Of a DNA stretch of 64,000 nt, positions 26,059-37,727 are shown one piece after another. The stretch spans positions 186,001-250,000 of the forward strand of contig JAHLTZ010000035.1 in the NCBI GenBank assembly GCA_025786725.1, given 5' to 3'. This DNA is from Syncephalis fuscata S228. Taxonomy: Eukaryota > Fungi > Zoopagomycota. The translations under genes and the position numbers were made by a program. The notes below the pieces were generated by a model. It searched no databases. It was not told the origin of the DNA and saw only the letters and a program-made list of their open reading frames with translations. The stretch's first letter is position 1. Every line of letters begins with the position of its first letter.

Positions 26059-26602
26059 GTTACCAAAAGCAATGATCGAAGTAATAGTGATAATTTGTAA
26101 AAAAAGTCAGATTACAAAAGGCAATGCAATACATAGTGTAGAAGTGTTTGTACATAACTAGTAGTCAGTCAACTACTGACACTATGTATGGTATATATGG
26201 AGTGTACAAATATATGCAATGGATATATGCTGTCAAGTGTAAAGAAAGAGAAAGGAAATGTGATGACGTAGATTGTGAGATGTGAGCCTGTCAGTCAATA
26301 TTTATAAACAGCCGAGTTTAATTGATTAATAAATGAAGTGTAAATAATAAAAGTCAATCTACCCAACATGTCAGTACATCATAGAACAGATTAATAGTAA
26401 ATGAATAAATGCATTAAGAATAAAAGTCATTTGACACCGAAACTACTCATTATTATAGAACGTATTTCAGTATATAACAATATCAATAAAATATAATAAA
26501 AAGTCATTCACACCCAAAAACACTCATTATCATAGAATATAGTTTCAGTATAATAGCGAATGTATTAAAAGAATAAAAGTCATTTGACACCAAACATCAT
26601 TA
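26059..26602. repeat. ~540-bp direct repeat, right copy, with an extra internal sub-repeat (aataaaagtcatt...cacc...actcattatyatagaa)
   Basis: Matches 20282-20767. The sub-unit recurs at about 26419, 26497 and 26572. Confidence 0.95.
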
Positions 26603-26638
26603 TTATAGAATAAATTACCAGTAATTACTTTATTAGCA

Positions 26639-29041
26639 TTATTGGCACTCGCTTACAACTTCATAGCTTTCTTTGCGCTTGCCGCCTCCCCATGGTGTGC
26701 CACCGACCAATCTCGCGCCAGCACCAAGACCACGCTTGGCAAATCCTTTCCAGATTTCACACTTGTTCTCGCCGCCAGTCAATTGTTGATCGGCTAAGAG
26801 AATAGCATTTCTTGCGTCAGTGAATGATGGGCGGCAAGGCTGCAACTTCATGCCATCAATGACCAGTTGCAATGCTAGCGTGTTGCCGTGCTTGGTCGAT
26901 GCGGAAAAGATATCGGAGGTGAAGCCATGCTTGTCGACTAAGTTCCAGTAGACTTCGTAGAGCATCTCGGCCCAAACAGCGCCCTTTGCATGAACGCCCC
27001 AGTAGCCGGCCTTGTTCATTGATGCAAAAGTCTCTGGATTGGTCGTCATATTGGTGGAATATGAGTAGCGACGGATACCGTGGCCTGCATTGGCATATTC
27101 ACCCATGGTAAAGTCGGTCGTTCGTGTCATTTCTGGACGCATGCGTAGCCAGGTGGCTACAAAATCGCCCCATCCTTCGCCCATACCGCCTGACTCGCCC
27201 CATCCAAGACAGCCGCTATTGTCAGGGCCACCGGTAAGTCGAATGGACAAGCCGTGCGTGTATTCGTGTGTGATAATACCGCCTTCCAGATCACCATCAC
27301 GATACGGCTTAATACCATTCCAGACATACATACGCATCTTGCCGTGGCCACCGTCTGGTGGCGTAGCAAAGTTGGCGTTATTGTAGCCGGATCCATCCTG
27401 CGCCGCAGCAATAACTCCATCGCCGCCTTGGCCACCACGTCCTAGATTGTTGTTTTGGAAGTTACCGGCCTCTTCTGTAAATCCATATTGATAGTATAGA
27501 TCGTGAAGAATGTTGTTCCAGTAGAACAAATTGGTAACAGCAGCATCCACATATTCACTAGGCTCTTGCTTAAGCGAAAGAGGGAAGTCAAAAGTAAGGC
27601 CGTCTTTGGTCATAACACCTTTTGGACGGTAATTGTCGCGCCATCTGCCATATTCGCCTTCATGGTTCTCGCTGGCCACGACATTATTACCACGAGTCTC
27701 GTTATATACGTGCTTTGAATCCGTCATATGCCATCCAAGTGGAGATGCCAACTTATTGGCTGGATTGAGAAGAAGCTGACGATTGCCATCGTTAGGATCG
27801 TTCGTGCCTAATGGATAGACATTATAAGCAGCCGGCACGACTGGCTCATCGGCGCGGGGTGGAGACCGTGAATGGGCAAAGTTAGATGTTGGCCCATTAA
27901 GTAAGCTAGATCCTTGAGGAACAGCATCTGATACCCAGTCAACAAGCTGCAGTACTTTTCCTGTACGTGCATCAACATGCGAGTTATACCAGGCATCTTG
28001 TAGCTCCGTTTGTATGTCCCAAACTAAACGTAGTGTACGGCCATTATCAACCATCATATAGGCTGGTCTTATTGGACATGGTGATGTGGCATAAGGCACA
28101 TTGGTAAGCATGGTAGTTGCTGGTCCACGCAATGATCCGCTAGTGACCAGTTTAATAAGATCTGGTCGCTGGACTTCTTGATGAATATGACGAGAGAAAG
28201 CAAGTAATGCATCCTTTGGCTTCAATAAAGTACCACTGTTAAAGTCATCATCGTCATCAGCCGAGCTAGCACCCCATACATCAGAGCGACGTAGAAGCTT
28301 TTGTCGATGCGTGGTAGATGATTTGGCGATAAATCGATTGTTGGTCACATCATCGCGTAGTTTAGGAAAAATTGATTTGAATAACGACCATAAGTTGTCA
28401 TCGTTGTCATCGTTCTGCATAAAGAACGAAGTCGTAGACGATTTAAAGTCTGCCTTCTTCGCCTCAGGTTGTCTATCAACAGTATCGTCGTTGTTTAGAT
28501 CTTCAGTTTGAAGCTCGCCTTCAATCTCTGGCGCATCAGGAATATCATGGCCAGTCTTAGGACCACGATAAATACTTTCGCCCATAGAAATAACTTGGCC
28601 ATGGCGATTAATGTTAACGTTAATATCAGCATTAACAACAGGTAATCCATTGACGATTTGGCGTAGATAAACATGCGTAACGCCGTTGTGTTTAGAAGTG
28701 TAGGCGCTTTGAACACGGACATCTTCATCGGATAGCTTGGTCTCTTTAAGAATGTGCGCCAATGCAATATCAACGGCACGCTCTAGTACTGGTGCACGGA
28801 TATCTTGGCTATTCGTATCATCTTCGGCGAAAAAGAAGGAGCCTTGTAAATTGTTGTTATTCGATAAGCGAGAGTAATGAGTTACATCATAGCGCATAGA
28901 AATATCAGGACCAAACGATGGAAAAGAGCTACGTGCCGCTTCAACACCGTTACCGGCAGGACCTTGATAAGTAGCAACTGCCAGTAACAAGGCAGCTGAC
29001 GCTACAGCATATAATGCCGAGCGTGAGCCAGAAGAAGTCAT
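26639..29041 (-). CDS. Fungalysin metallopeptidase (family M36), intronless, secreted
   Basis: Signal peptide, FTP-type propeptide (GVTHVYLRQIVNGLPVVNADINVNI), PepSY-like segment (VDARTGKV), AQDGSGYNNANFATPPDG, HEYTHGLS and ESGGMGEGWGD. Confidence 0.95.
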   Translation of the reverse strand: MTSSGSRSALYAVASAALLLAVATYQGPAGNGVEAARSSFPSFGPDISMRYDVTHYSRLSNNNNLQGSFFFAEDDTNSQDIRAPVLERAVDIALAHILKETKLSDEDVRVQSAYTSKHNGVTHVYLRQIVNGLPVVNADINVNINRHGQVISMGESIYRGPKTGHDIPDAPEIEGELQTEDLNNDDTVDRQPEAKKADFKSSTTSFFMQNDDNDDNLWSLFKSIFPKLRDDVTNNRFIAKSSTTHRQKLLRRSDVWGASSADDDDDFNSGTLLKPKDALLAFSRHIHQEVQRPDLIKLVTSGSLRGPATTMLTNVPYATSPCPIRPAYMMVDNGRTLRLVWDIQTELQDAWYNSHVDARTGKVLQLVDWVSDAVPQGSSLLNGPTSNFAHSRSPPRADEPVVPAAYNVYPLGTNDPNDGNRQLLLNPANKLASPLGWHMTDSKHVYNETRGNNVVASENHEGEYGRWRDNYRPKGVMTKDGLTFDFPLSLKQEPSEYVDAAVTNLFYWNNILHDLYYQYGFTEEAGNFQNNNLGRGGQGGDGVIAAAQDGSGYNNANFATPPDGGHGKMRMYVWNGIKPYRDGDLEGGIITHEYTHGLSIRLTGGPDNSGCLGWGESGGMGEGWGDFVATWLRMRPEMTRTTDFTMGEYANAGHGIRRYSYSTNMTTNPETFASMNKAGYWGVHAKGAVWAEMLYEVYWNLVDKHGFTSDIFSASTKHGNTLALQLVIDGMKLQPCRPSFTDARNAILLADQQLTGGENKCEIWKGFAKRGLGAGARLVGGTPWGGGKRKESYEVVSECQ

Positions 29042-29670
29042 GGTTGATAGGGAAGATACAAGTCTTGACAATAGCAAACAATACTATTATCGTATGTTCA
29101 AGTAGGATTGAAACAAAGCAAAGGCTATATCAAGCTGATATACGCGGTAAATAGACAAAAAGAACAATGTTATTGCGGTTGTTGCTGAATGGAAGAATAA
29201 AGAGCAAGCAGAGAAAAGAGCTAATAGAGATATAAATGTTAAAGACGTTGAGTAGAAAAAGGACTACAAAGAAAAGGGGGTAAGCGGGCAGATAGTAAAG
29301 ACTAGAGGTAAACGATGAGTACAGTAGTATGTATACGAAACGATGCAGTCACGCTTACACCAACAGCAAGCAAGTGTAAAAAAGAATAGAATAGATTGGC
29401 GAGTAGTAGGCTGGCTAGTAGGCTGGCTGGTGTGTGTGTGTTAAGGACAAAACGGTGATATCGTAGTAATGGTGCGATAGTAAGCAAAGGGAATAAAGTG
29501 GCAATAGTCGCTATAAGCTGCTACAACTCATATTTGATAACGGTAGACTGTTGAGTTGGAAATGCTGAGTCATAGAGAAGCAGTGGTCATGAGATTGGTC
29601 ACGTGGTCATCAGTTCCCATTCTTCTAAACACCGCTGCTATATACAGCCAGAGTATACGGAGTAGACATT

Positions 29671-31070
29671 ATGGCTACGTCAATGATTTCGCTGGCGGTC
29701 GAGGAGTATTTGAAACGATGTAGTGGTGCCCGGTCTACTGTGGCCAACCAGCAAGGTAGTGTTTCTATGGTGTATTGATAGGATGCATATGCTCATGGCA
29801 GACTTGTGGATGCGCATATGCAGAGAGTGGCATGCACCAACCAACAGTAAGGATTTGGTCGACTTTGAACAAAGAGTGCAGCTCAACTAGTAAATTACCA
29901 ACTGCTATAAAAAATGTTTGGTCCAGTGTTTTAGAAGATACTGTTATCACTGAAAATAAAGCAGAAGCTAGCAATACGCAAAGTGGCGACATAGCATTTG
30001 ATAATAATAGCGACAATGCTGATACAGTGAGTGTTGGAACATCTATCCAATCGTCTTATTGTATAGCAAGTCTGCGTTTAGCAATGAATAGACAGCTATG
30101 TAGAGAATTAGATTGTTACAATATTCGTTGGATTGAACGTGACTACACATACCTTAAGCAAATGGAACAAGAGGTAGCTACAGTCATATTGCTATGGCTA
30201 TTATGTAATCTGTGAATTAAAATGTGCGTGTTAGATGCTTTATGAAATAAATATCGACAAAGAAACAGCTATAAACCCATATGTTAATATGATTCCAGAG
30301 GCTGATCTTTGTATAACGCCCTATGTTGGATTAGTCGTTTATTCGGGCAAGCTTATTAACGATTGCTCGTCAGATCAATTGGCTTGTATATCGCACATGC
30401 TATCGCGGCTCGAATGGCGCTACGAAAAGCTATGGCTACTAGTCGAACTATATGACGGGTATGTTTATAAATGAATAAAGATGCAGCAATCGTATAATGT
30501 ATTTAGATTAAAAAAGGAGCAACATTGCAATACCTGGCAATGTATAACACAGCTTACGGCAAAACACCCACCTTCATGGCTATGCATTTTATTTTCTACA
30601 TCGTCTACAGAGTCGGCACAACTTATTAATACTATTTTCAAATCAACTATTAGTTGCTCTGATCAGATAAACTATTCCGAATTGTTTGATCAATCGCCAG
30701 CCGAAACTACGGTAAGAACGTAAATTTAAAATTACTTTCTAACACATTGGCATAGCATGAACGATTTTTACTTATGTCTCGATGTTTTAATGTATTATCC
30801 GCACGTATTGCATTACATACGATTGGACTTGAAGATTTACTTTGGATTGGTAGTAATTCCGTTACCACTATATTGTGGCATCGACTCGCTCAACATATTC
30901 CCCATCGTTCGATAGTAAGTTAGCGTTTATTAAATAGCTATAATAAATTTATAATTAATAGTTGTATATAATCGTTATATTGCCATCAACAGGAACGGTT
31001 TCGTGTATGGCTTCGAGTCCCCTTGCACTGGCCTATATCGGACAGCAGTGAACGATCCCATATAAAATAA
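29671..31070 (+). CDS. XPF/ERCC4-like domain protein, probable SHOC1/Zip2-type meiotic crossover factor, multi-exon
   Basis: Joined exons give IRWIERDY..ADLCI..RYEKLWLLVE..ETT|HERFLLMSRCFNVLSARIAL, resembling the degenerate XPF nuclease plus HhH C-terminus of SHOC1/Zip2 (recognised by eye). GT-AG introns link ORFs 29775, 30235, 30481 and later exons. Confidence 0.5.
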
Positions 31071-32042
31071 AGTAATAATAATAATGTTTCTATAAGTATA
31101 TATGTGTGTCCATATAATGCTATAATATTAAATTAACTACATACACAAACTACTGTACATGAAATAGTTTGCAATTATGCAGCGGTGGAAATGTGCTGCG
31201 ATGGTGATAGATAAGTGTAGTCATTCGTCATTTGAAGTTGGTTACTAAAATTTGACTGTGCAACGAGAGGGGTTTCTTGTTCGCTAGAAAGTAACACTGC
31301 TTCGGACGATGAACTACTGGGGGTGTGCATATCGTATACCGACAACGCTCTATTAGACCGGCGATATACTAACAAAGACGAGTTAGCAATTGAGCAGTCA
31401 AGTTTTTTTTGTGTGCCAGCCTGTGTCTACCTGCACACCCAGCTTTTTCATTGCCTACCATTGTCAAAAAGCACGTAAAACAACGCAAACATTATGCCGA
31501 AAAAGTTCATATGCGAATTATAATACATTATCGCTGATTATATTAACTTATTAGTATTAAAAGTAAATGGATTATTAACGTATAAGATGGTAAATGGGCT
31601 GTAAGGGAATTAGTACTGACATGCGTAAAGGAAAATAGAAGAAACAAGTGAAACAACATATGGGTCGTCCAAGGTGTAACCATGTCAAGTTAACCATTTC
31701 TCGCATGGTGCCATCGGCAATTGTGTGGTTACGCAAGTCGTGACCAGCTCATTCGTGTGCAACAAAACGATTTGTTGCTAGCGTAATGGTCAGAAATACA
31801 CATTCAGCTGTTCGCATGTTCGTGTGTTCACATGCTGTTGAATAAATACAAATTCAATCGTATACAGTTGTTTATTTCGTATGGGTGGTAAAAGATAAGT
31901 GTTAAGCACGACCAGGTGCTGCTGTGTAGCAAAATAAAATAAATAAAAAATGATGCAAATAAGTAAGTCACAGTGAGTTGTTCAGCGGACTGAGGCCTAA
32001 GCTCAAGATGGGATGGCGACAGCTAACAATAACGTATAGCTG

Positions 32043-32363
32043 CTACGCCGCTCTGGCAATTATCTGTAGATTGGCTGTGGCTCTAATGCTATCATTTGCG
32101 CCAGCTAAGATATCGAGATGATTACGGTAAAGCACTGCCTGACGAGCAAATTCCTCGGCTTCCATCTCTGGTGTAGCATCCGAGTCGATGTGGGAGCCAT
32201 CATATGTTAGTCCACGTATCGATGAAGATTGATTGCCAGACTCTAGAGGATATGTTAGGCAGTGCAGCTATCATCTACGGCCAGTGCACTTACTTGGGCT
32301 AAGAAGTGTGTAAAATACGGAAAATAGCATGTCGAAAGGATTGATGCTTACAGACAAATACAT
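32043..32363 (-). CDS. Possible small two-exon hypothetical protein (~80-90 aa)
   Basis: A good intron (gtaagt..cctaac..ctag) joins MLFSVFYTLLSP to KSGNQ..PEMEAEEFARQAVLYRNHLDILAG..*. No recognisable family. Confidence 0.35.
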
Positions 32364-33283
32364 GCTGGCGAGTGAGTGAGAATGATTTAGTAAAGTCGTT
32401 GAAGTGTATGTCGTTTTTTTATAAACGAACAAACAGTAGTATTTTAAAAGCAGAGCTTTAGTCAGAAAAATGTGGTTCAAGAAAAGTTCACCGCTTATTG
32501 AAACGTTGGCGAAACGTCAAATATTTATATTAGGCTGCCTTGAAATCACGGGCGCAAAAAGAAACACCGTACTTTGTTTTGTCCGTCAATTGGTCACTGT
32601 TTTACAGCCATGTCTATTGAGGAAACAGGCTAGGCTATCGATATTTTGCCAAGCATGAATAGCAGCTACAGATGTGTATTAACATACATCGGTTTTCATG
32701 ATAAAACATTTGCCGATAGCTGATAGGATGGCACAACATGTGCCGTATTAACTTGACTAGTCGGATATCTGTATGGCGATACACACCCACGTACGAATGT
32801 AGACGGATGGGCAGATGGATGGGCAGGCAAAGTGAAAAATAAATGCTGGGAATTGCTGTGGTACTTGCGCAAGGCTAAGCTTAGAAACTGACTGGTCCAC
32901 GCAAGCATACTTATCGTGTGGCTACACGAAATACGCCACATGATTATCTGCAAAACGGAAGAAAATGTGTAGGCTGCATAGTTTTATGTTTTAAGAACCA
33001 ATTGTATTGGCATTGTTATCTGCACCCACAAGTATTTCAACCTGATAATGATGGTGTATCGTAATGGTTGGCACTATATGTATGTCCAAAAATATTCATT
33101 AATGGCCTTTACGGCCGATTTATTTTTTAACAAACAGATACAATTGGTACAGGGATGGAACAGAGTACGACAGATTAGCGCTTAGACATGGGTCAGGCAC
33201 GTATTAATAAAATAGATGCAAACGCACTAGTTTGCGCACTATCATCATGGCTGTGCAGTTGGTTATCTTTAGAACGATCCGCA

Positions 33284-34325
33284 TCAGATCGGCTCCTCAT
33301 TAGGACGAGCCGTTTTGGCCGTAGCAATATCGGATATGTGGGCCATAAATTTAGTTTTTGGTTTGTTGTGCGTAAGAAGTGCCTCTCTCATATCGCGGCA
33401 ATTGTTCACAAGTAATGTGGTGGTGGTTAGCCTAGAACGATAGCGCAGTTAATTTTTATGAAACAGTGTTATTTCTAACACTGTAAACAATGTTACAGTG
33501 CCATGATAATGTCACTCACCAGTCAATAAAATAAAACATATCTGTGTAGGCACCGAATGGTTGGGTTAAAAGAATTACCGCGCAAAAAACGTTACAAGTA
33601 ACGACCAAAACAACAGCTTGTATACCGTCGCGCGCAAGTCGATTCCACACCTCGGAGCCAAAGATTTTATATTGTTTGTAAACAACTCGAATAAACACTG
33701 CACTAAGAAAAGTGTCAATCGGTGTTTTTGCGCCAAAAACAATCCATGCTTTGTAGTGCGGCATATTAACAGTGCAACCAGCATAGGTTTCTATAGTGGC
33801 CGGACTTAGAGCCAGGTCAACATAAAGCATGGCCGGAATAGGAAGTGTAAACAACACGCCAACTAATATAAGCCAGCGGCGAGAAGCTACGACATAATAC
33901 GCTCTTTGCAGCAATATTAAACTAGAACACTCGAATACTACAGCATAAGCAGTTACAGCGTGCCAAATAACATGTCGGCATGCCAGGCCATTTGGAAAAA
34001 CAAAAGTAATAGCAAGGATACCATGATTGAATCCAAGTAGCGACATTATTAAGCAGCACCAGCTACTTAAAGCATTGCGCTTTGTTAATACGAGCTTTAA
34101 AGACTGAAGAAGGTTTCGACTTGATATAATTATCATGCACACAAGGTACATAAGTTGGAGCTGCACGCCATAAATACGCTCCCGGGCTGAATCAACACTA
34201 TCTGAGCCCATTAGGTATTCGCCACCGTTGAGTTCTCCTAGCGGATATAAAGGAATGCCTATTAGCCGAGTAGCATTCTGCTTCCAGCTAGTCCCAAGGT
34301 CTCTTGCAGGTGGAAAAATAAACAT
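33284..34325 (-). CDS. Orphan 7-transmembrane protein (GPCR-like), paralogue 2
   Basis: Same motifs as 11616-12625 (NATR..GIPL.P.GE, SSWCCLI, LQ.AY, QY..FGS..W.RLAR.G.Q) and the same intron position in DW. Second exon WLTTTTLLVNNC..EEPI*. Confidence 0.75.
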
Positions 34326-35195
34326 ATTATTATATAAATAGAAAGAATAAAGTAATAAAACGGTGATAATCCAAATAGTATGGACAAATGAGATTTCAGT
34401 AATGAAACGAATATTACTACAAGCAAATTTACATAAACAGCACTAAGAATTGGATTAGAAGGCAAATTATTTCTTTAATTGCTTATTAATTTATATACAA
34501 GAGCAAGCTAGCCCCAGCATGACCACAAGACTAGAAAGATGAAAAACAAGTTGCTTATTACCTCATTTGTATGTAGCATGATAGTCTAGATCGGCTTTTA
34601 CAGTTCGGCGTTGTGTCTTATTTTGCTGTCATGTCGTTAAATTACACTATTTCGACATACAATGGACAAACAAAGCGCTAAAAACAAGTTTAATATTCTT
34701 AATTAGTAAACCCGCAAGGTCGTTTTAATCGGCCATTGCTTTAGCCGAGTCGTTTGCAGTATTCGTCATTGACTTGAACCTCGTGTACATGTCAATAATT
34801 ACTGCAATATTTAGTAAAGCACCAGAAATTGTGCATCCTAATTGCAATAACTATAATGAAGTAGTCAAAAATGGCAATGGCGCATGGTTGCACGATTATA
34901 CTAAAACGTGCTACATAAGCGAAGCACACGCACTTGGACATGATTATAGAATTTACTCGCTGAATATAGATAAAGTATAGAAGTGCTATTCTTATTCGTA
35001 AATAAAGCGTTATAGTGATGATTGTAATGATGATAGCAGCAATAGCAATAAATTGGTTTTTATAACTACCTATGTAAAACGCTCTTAATCTACAAATTGT
35101 GTTTGCGAGCACCTTTATCGACTTTTTCTTTTTATCTCACCTAGTGCGTCATCACAATACCTTCTTATTACCAACACGGCTTTCATTCCGGCACT

Positions 35196-36324
35196 ATGGG
35201 TAAGTCATGACTTGCCTTTGTTTGCAAATGGCATTTGCTTAGTTTTGTTCCAGTTACTATGGGACCAGCAACAGCTGGCGTACGTCAGCTCTCAAATATA
35301 CCAACACTTGTGGCCCTTTATCGTCAAGGACTGCTATCCAGTCCAGCTGAAGGTAACCACAACTGGCTGTCATTCCTATTTAAAAGTAAGCTCATGTACA
35401 AGCCTCTGCCTAATAGATCCTCACTTTCGTCCAGACCGACATTTTTTGGATAAGATAAGCCTTATGTAACTAGCTACGTTATTGCGTTAGTCGTGCTCAT
35501 TTTTATTGTGTCAATAATCTAGCCAAGCAGATATCACTACACTTGATGTCGATGCCATTGTCAACGCTGCAAACAATATGTTGATTGGTGGCGGTGGCGT
35601 GGATGGCTGTATCCATCGGTAATTATATTCTACTAATCTTATATTAGTTTAAATAACTTTGAATAGCGCTGCCGGTCCAGGACTTTTGCGCGAATGCAGA
35701 ACACTGGATGGATGTCTAACTGGAGTATGTGGTCTTAGGCATTGTCCACTTTCATGCTAACTTAGCTTTTGCTACTAGGATGCAAAGATTACTGCTGGAT
35801 ATCAGCTACCGGCACACCGTAAGTACTAACTGTCTTTATAAAAGCCTATGCAAACAACTTTACTCGTCTGCCTTTACTAGATGTGATTCATACTGTTGGG
35901 CCAGTAGGCGAAGATCCCGAAGCACTGACAAGTTGTTATTTTAAATCTTTGGAGTTAATGAAAAAAGAACAACTGCGTACCATTGCAAGTCTTATAACAG
36001 CCGATATTATAGATTAATACTAATAATAAACCTACTATAGGCCTTCTCCAGCATATCCACAGGCGTATTCGGATATCCAATTCTTCCTGCTACGCATGTT
36101 GCTTTAAACACCGTTCGTCAATGGATTCAAGAAACGGGCAATCGAGACCTGGTAAATTATCCATTAGTTACATGGCAAGATATAACCATACACTAACAAA
36201 CAGCATAAAGGTGGATCGTATAATATTTTGTGTATTTTCTAGCCGCGACCATAATGTATATCTGGAACAAATACCAAAATATTTTCCTCCTTCGGCAGAC
36301 ATTGAGATAGGATCTAATGAATAG
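35196..36324 (+). CDS. Macrodomain protein (MacroD/YmdB-like ADP-ribosylhydrolase / O-acetyl-ADP-ribose deacetylase), ~9 exons
   Basis: Spliced motifs [68 protein letters not shown] and VDRIIFCVF. Largely missed by the ORF track. Confidence 0.92.
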
Positions 36325-36560
36325 TAATGCAATTCCTGTTTATAAATATACTGACAACCCAGTAAAGCAAATGTTTAAATGATAATTTATTATGTATTTG
36401 GCCCGTTTATATTTGTCAATTTTAAAAAAATGATTTAATAATGAAACTTTAAACCTTCTTTGCACAACTAATATAAACATGTGATAAAAATATAGCAATT
36501 TAGAAGGGTAAACAGATTTATATTATTTTTATTTATATTTTCTATAGATTTTTGGTTATA

Positions 36561-37727
36561 TTAATAATTACTGTCTAATAGCGTAGAATAGCTTTATTTA
36601 AAAGACTACTGCTTTTATTGTCCAGCAACTTTCTTGGGATTCCTAAAAGTAGCTGCAATTTTTGAATGATAACGGCCAATTGCGCTGGACCTATTTAATT
36701 TTTAGCGATTTCTGAATAAACTCACAATACGCCTCTTAATTCAATGAGTTTTTACTATTTGAAAATCTATAAAATTTTGATTTAGTACGCGATAAATAAT
36801 TTTGCCAATAGATCTGTCGAGTCGTTTGCAATTTTTAAATAAACAATACCAATATCAACTTTGATATTTATAATTTTTATAGTGTTTATCTTTTTACTTT
36901 CAGCTTGATCCATAAAAGCTGAAATGTCGTGATTGACCATTATTACCATCAGTTCTGCACCTTTGAGTCCTGGGCAACTATAGCATATGTTTAATCAATT
37001 AGTATGATTTACATTGATAGCCAAATCAGCTACTTTCATTATATATGCAATTATGCGCTGTCAGTTTTTGTAAATAAATGACATCTGCTAATGACTGGCC
37101 AGTATTGGCGGTTAATGATGTTGCACACCTACTTTTAAGCATTTCAGGTACTATTTGAATAAGCAGATTGGCCTTTCAATAGTAAGGCTTATTTTCTAAA
37201 AGCCTTTTAATGTGACAATTTCAACAAAATCATATATAAAACATTTGGTGTTATGCTCAGAATTGAGTGAGATATTGGATGTTGTATTTTTTCTCTGCCA
37301 ATTGTATCTGAGCCAGTAAGTTCCTTTTCAGCTTGATACAAAGTTTAGTATTCATATTAGCGGCCGGTCAAACATAATGGCACATTAGCCATACCTCAAA
37401 TACGTCAAATTTGTAAACATTAAATTGCTGTATTTCAAAAGCCATGAGCATTATTCTATTGAATTTGGCAAAACTTAAACGCTTGTTTCCACTGAACCAT
37501 TCGATAATGGTTATCATGATCTGCTGCACTCGCAAAGTTTTAAATATTGTCGATCAGTTGCTTCTTCTATGGAGGATCTAATCGCTTGGCTTAGTAATTG
37601 CTATAGCCATATAATATAGTAACAGCCTACCATTCAAATTTCCACGAATGGTATTGCTTGTTGATACATTAGCAATCACAGCCATCAATGCAATAATATA
37701 AATATTAATCAAACACAGTTTAATCAC
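36561..37727 (-). pseudogene. Decayed paralogue of the secreted kinase-like gene at 76-1299
   Basis: Same exon/intron layout and alignable sequence (WFSG..LSFAK; DQAESKKIN vs NQAESQKIN). ATG is changed to GTG, there are in-frame stops and frameshifts, HKD is lost, and DYD is changed to NHD. 3' boundary approximate. Confidence 0.8.

Noticed and set aside
26155-26190. Hairpin next to CTAG resembling a Helitron 3' end
   Set aside because: Homology between the two repeat copies continues about 100 bp beyond it, so it is not a terminus.
20282-26602. LTR retrotransposon interpretation of the direct repeats
   Set aside because: No gag/RT/integrase remnants recognised, no PBS or PPT in either orientation and no matching TSD. 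Only one copy starts with TG.
31175-31375. 66-aa minus-strand ORF downstream of the SHOC1-like gene
   Set aside because: No motif and no convincing link to upstream exons; cannot be supported as a gene.
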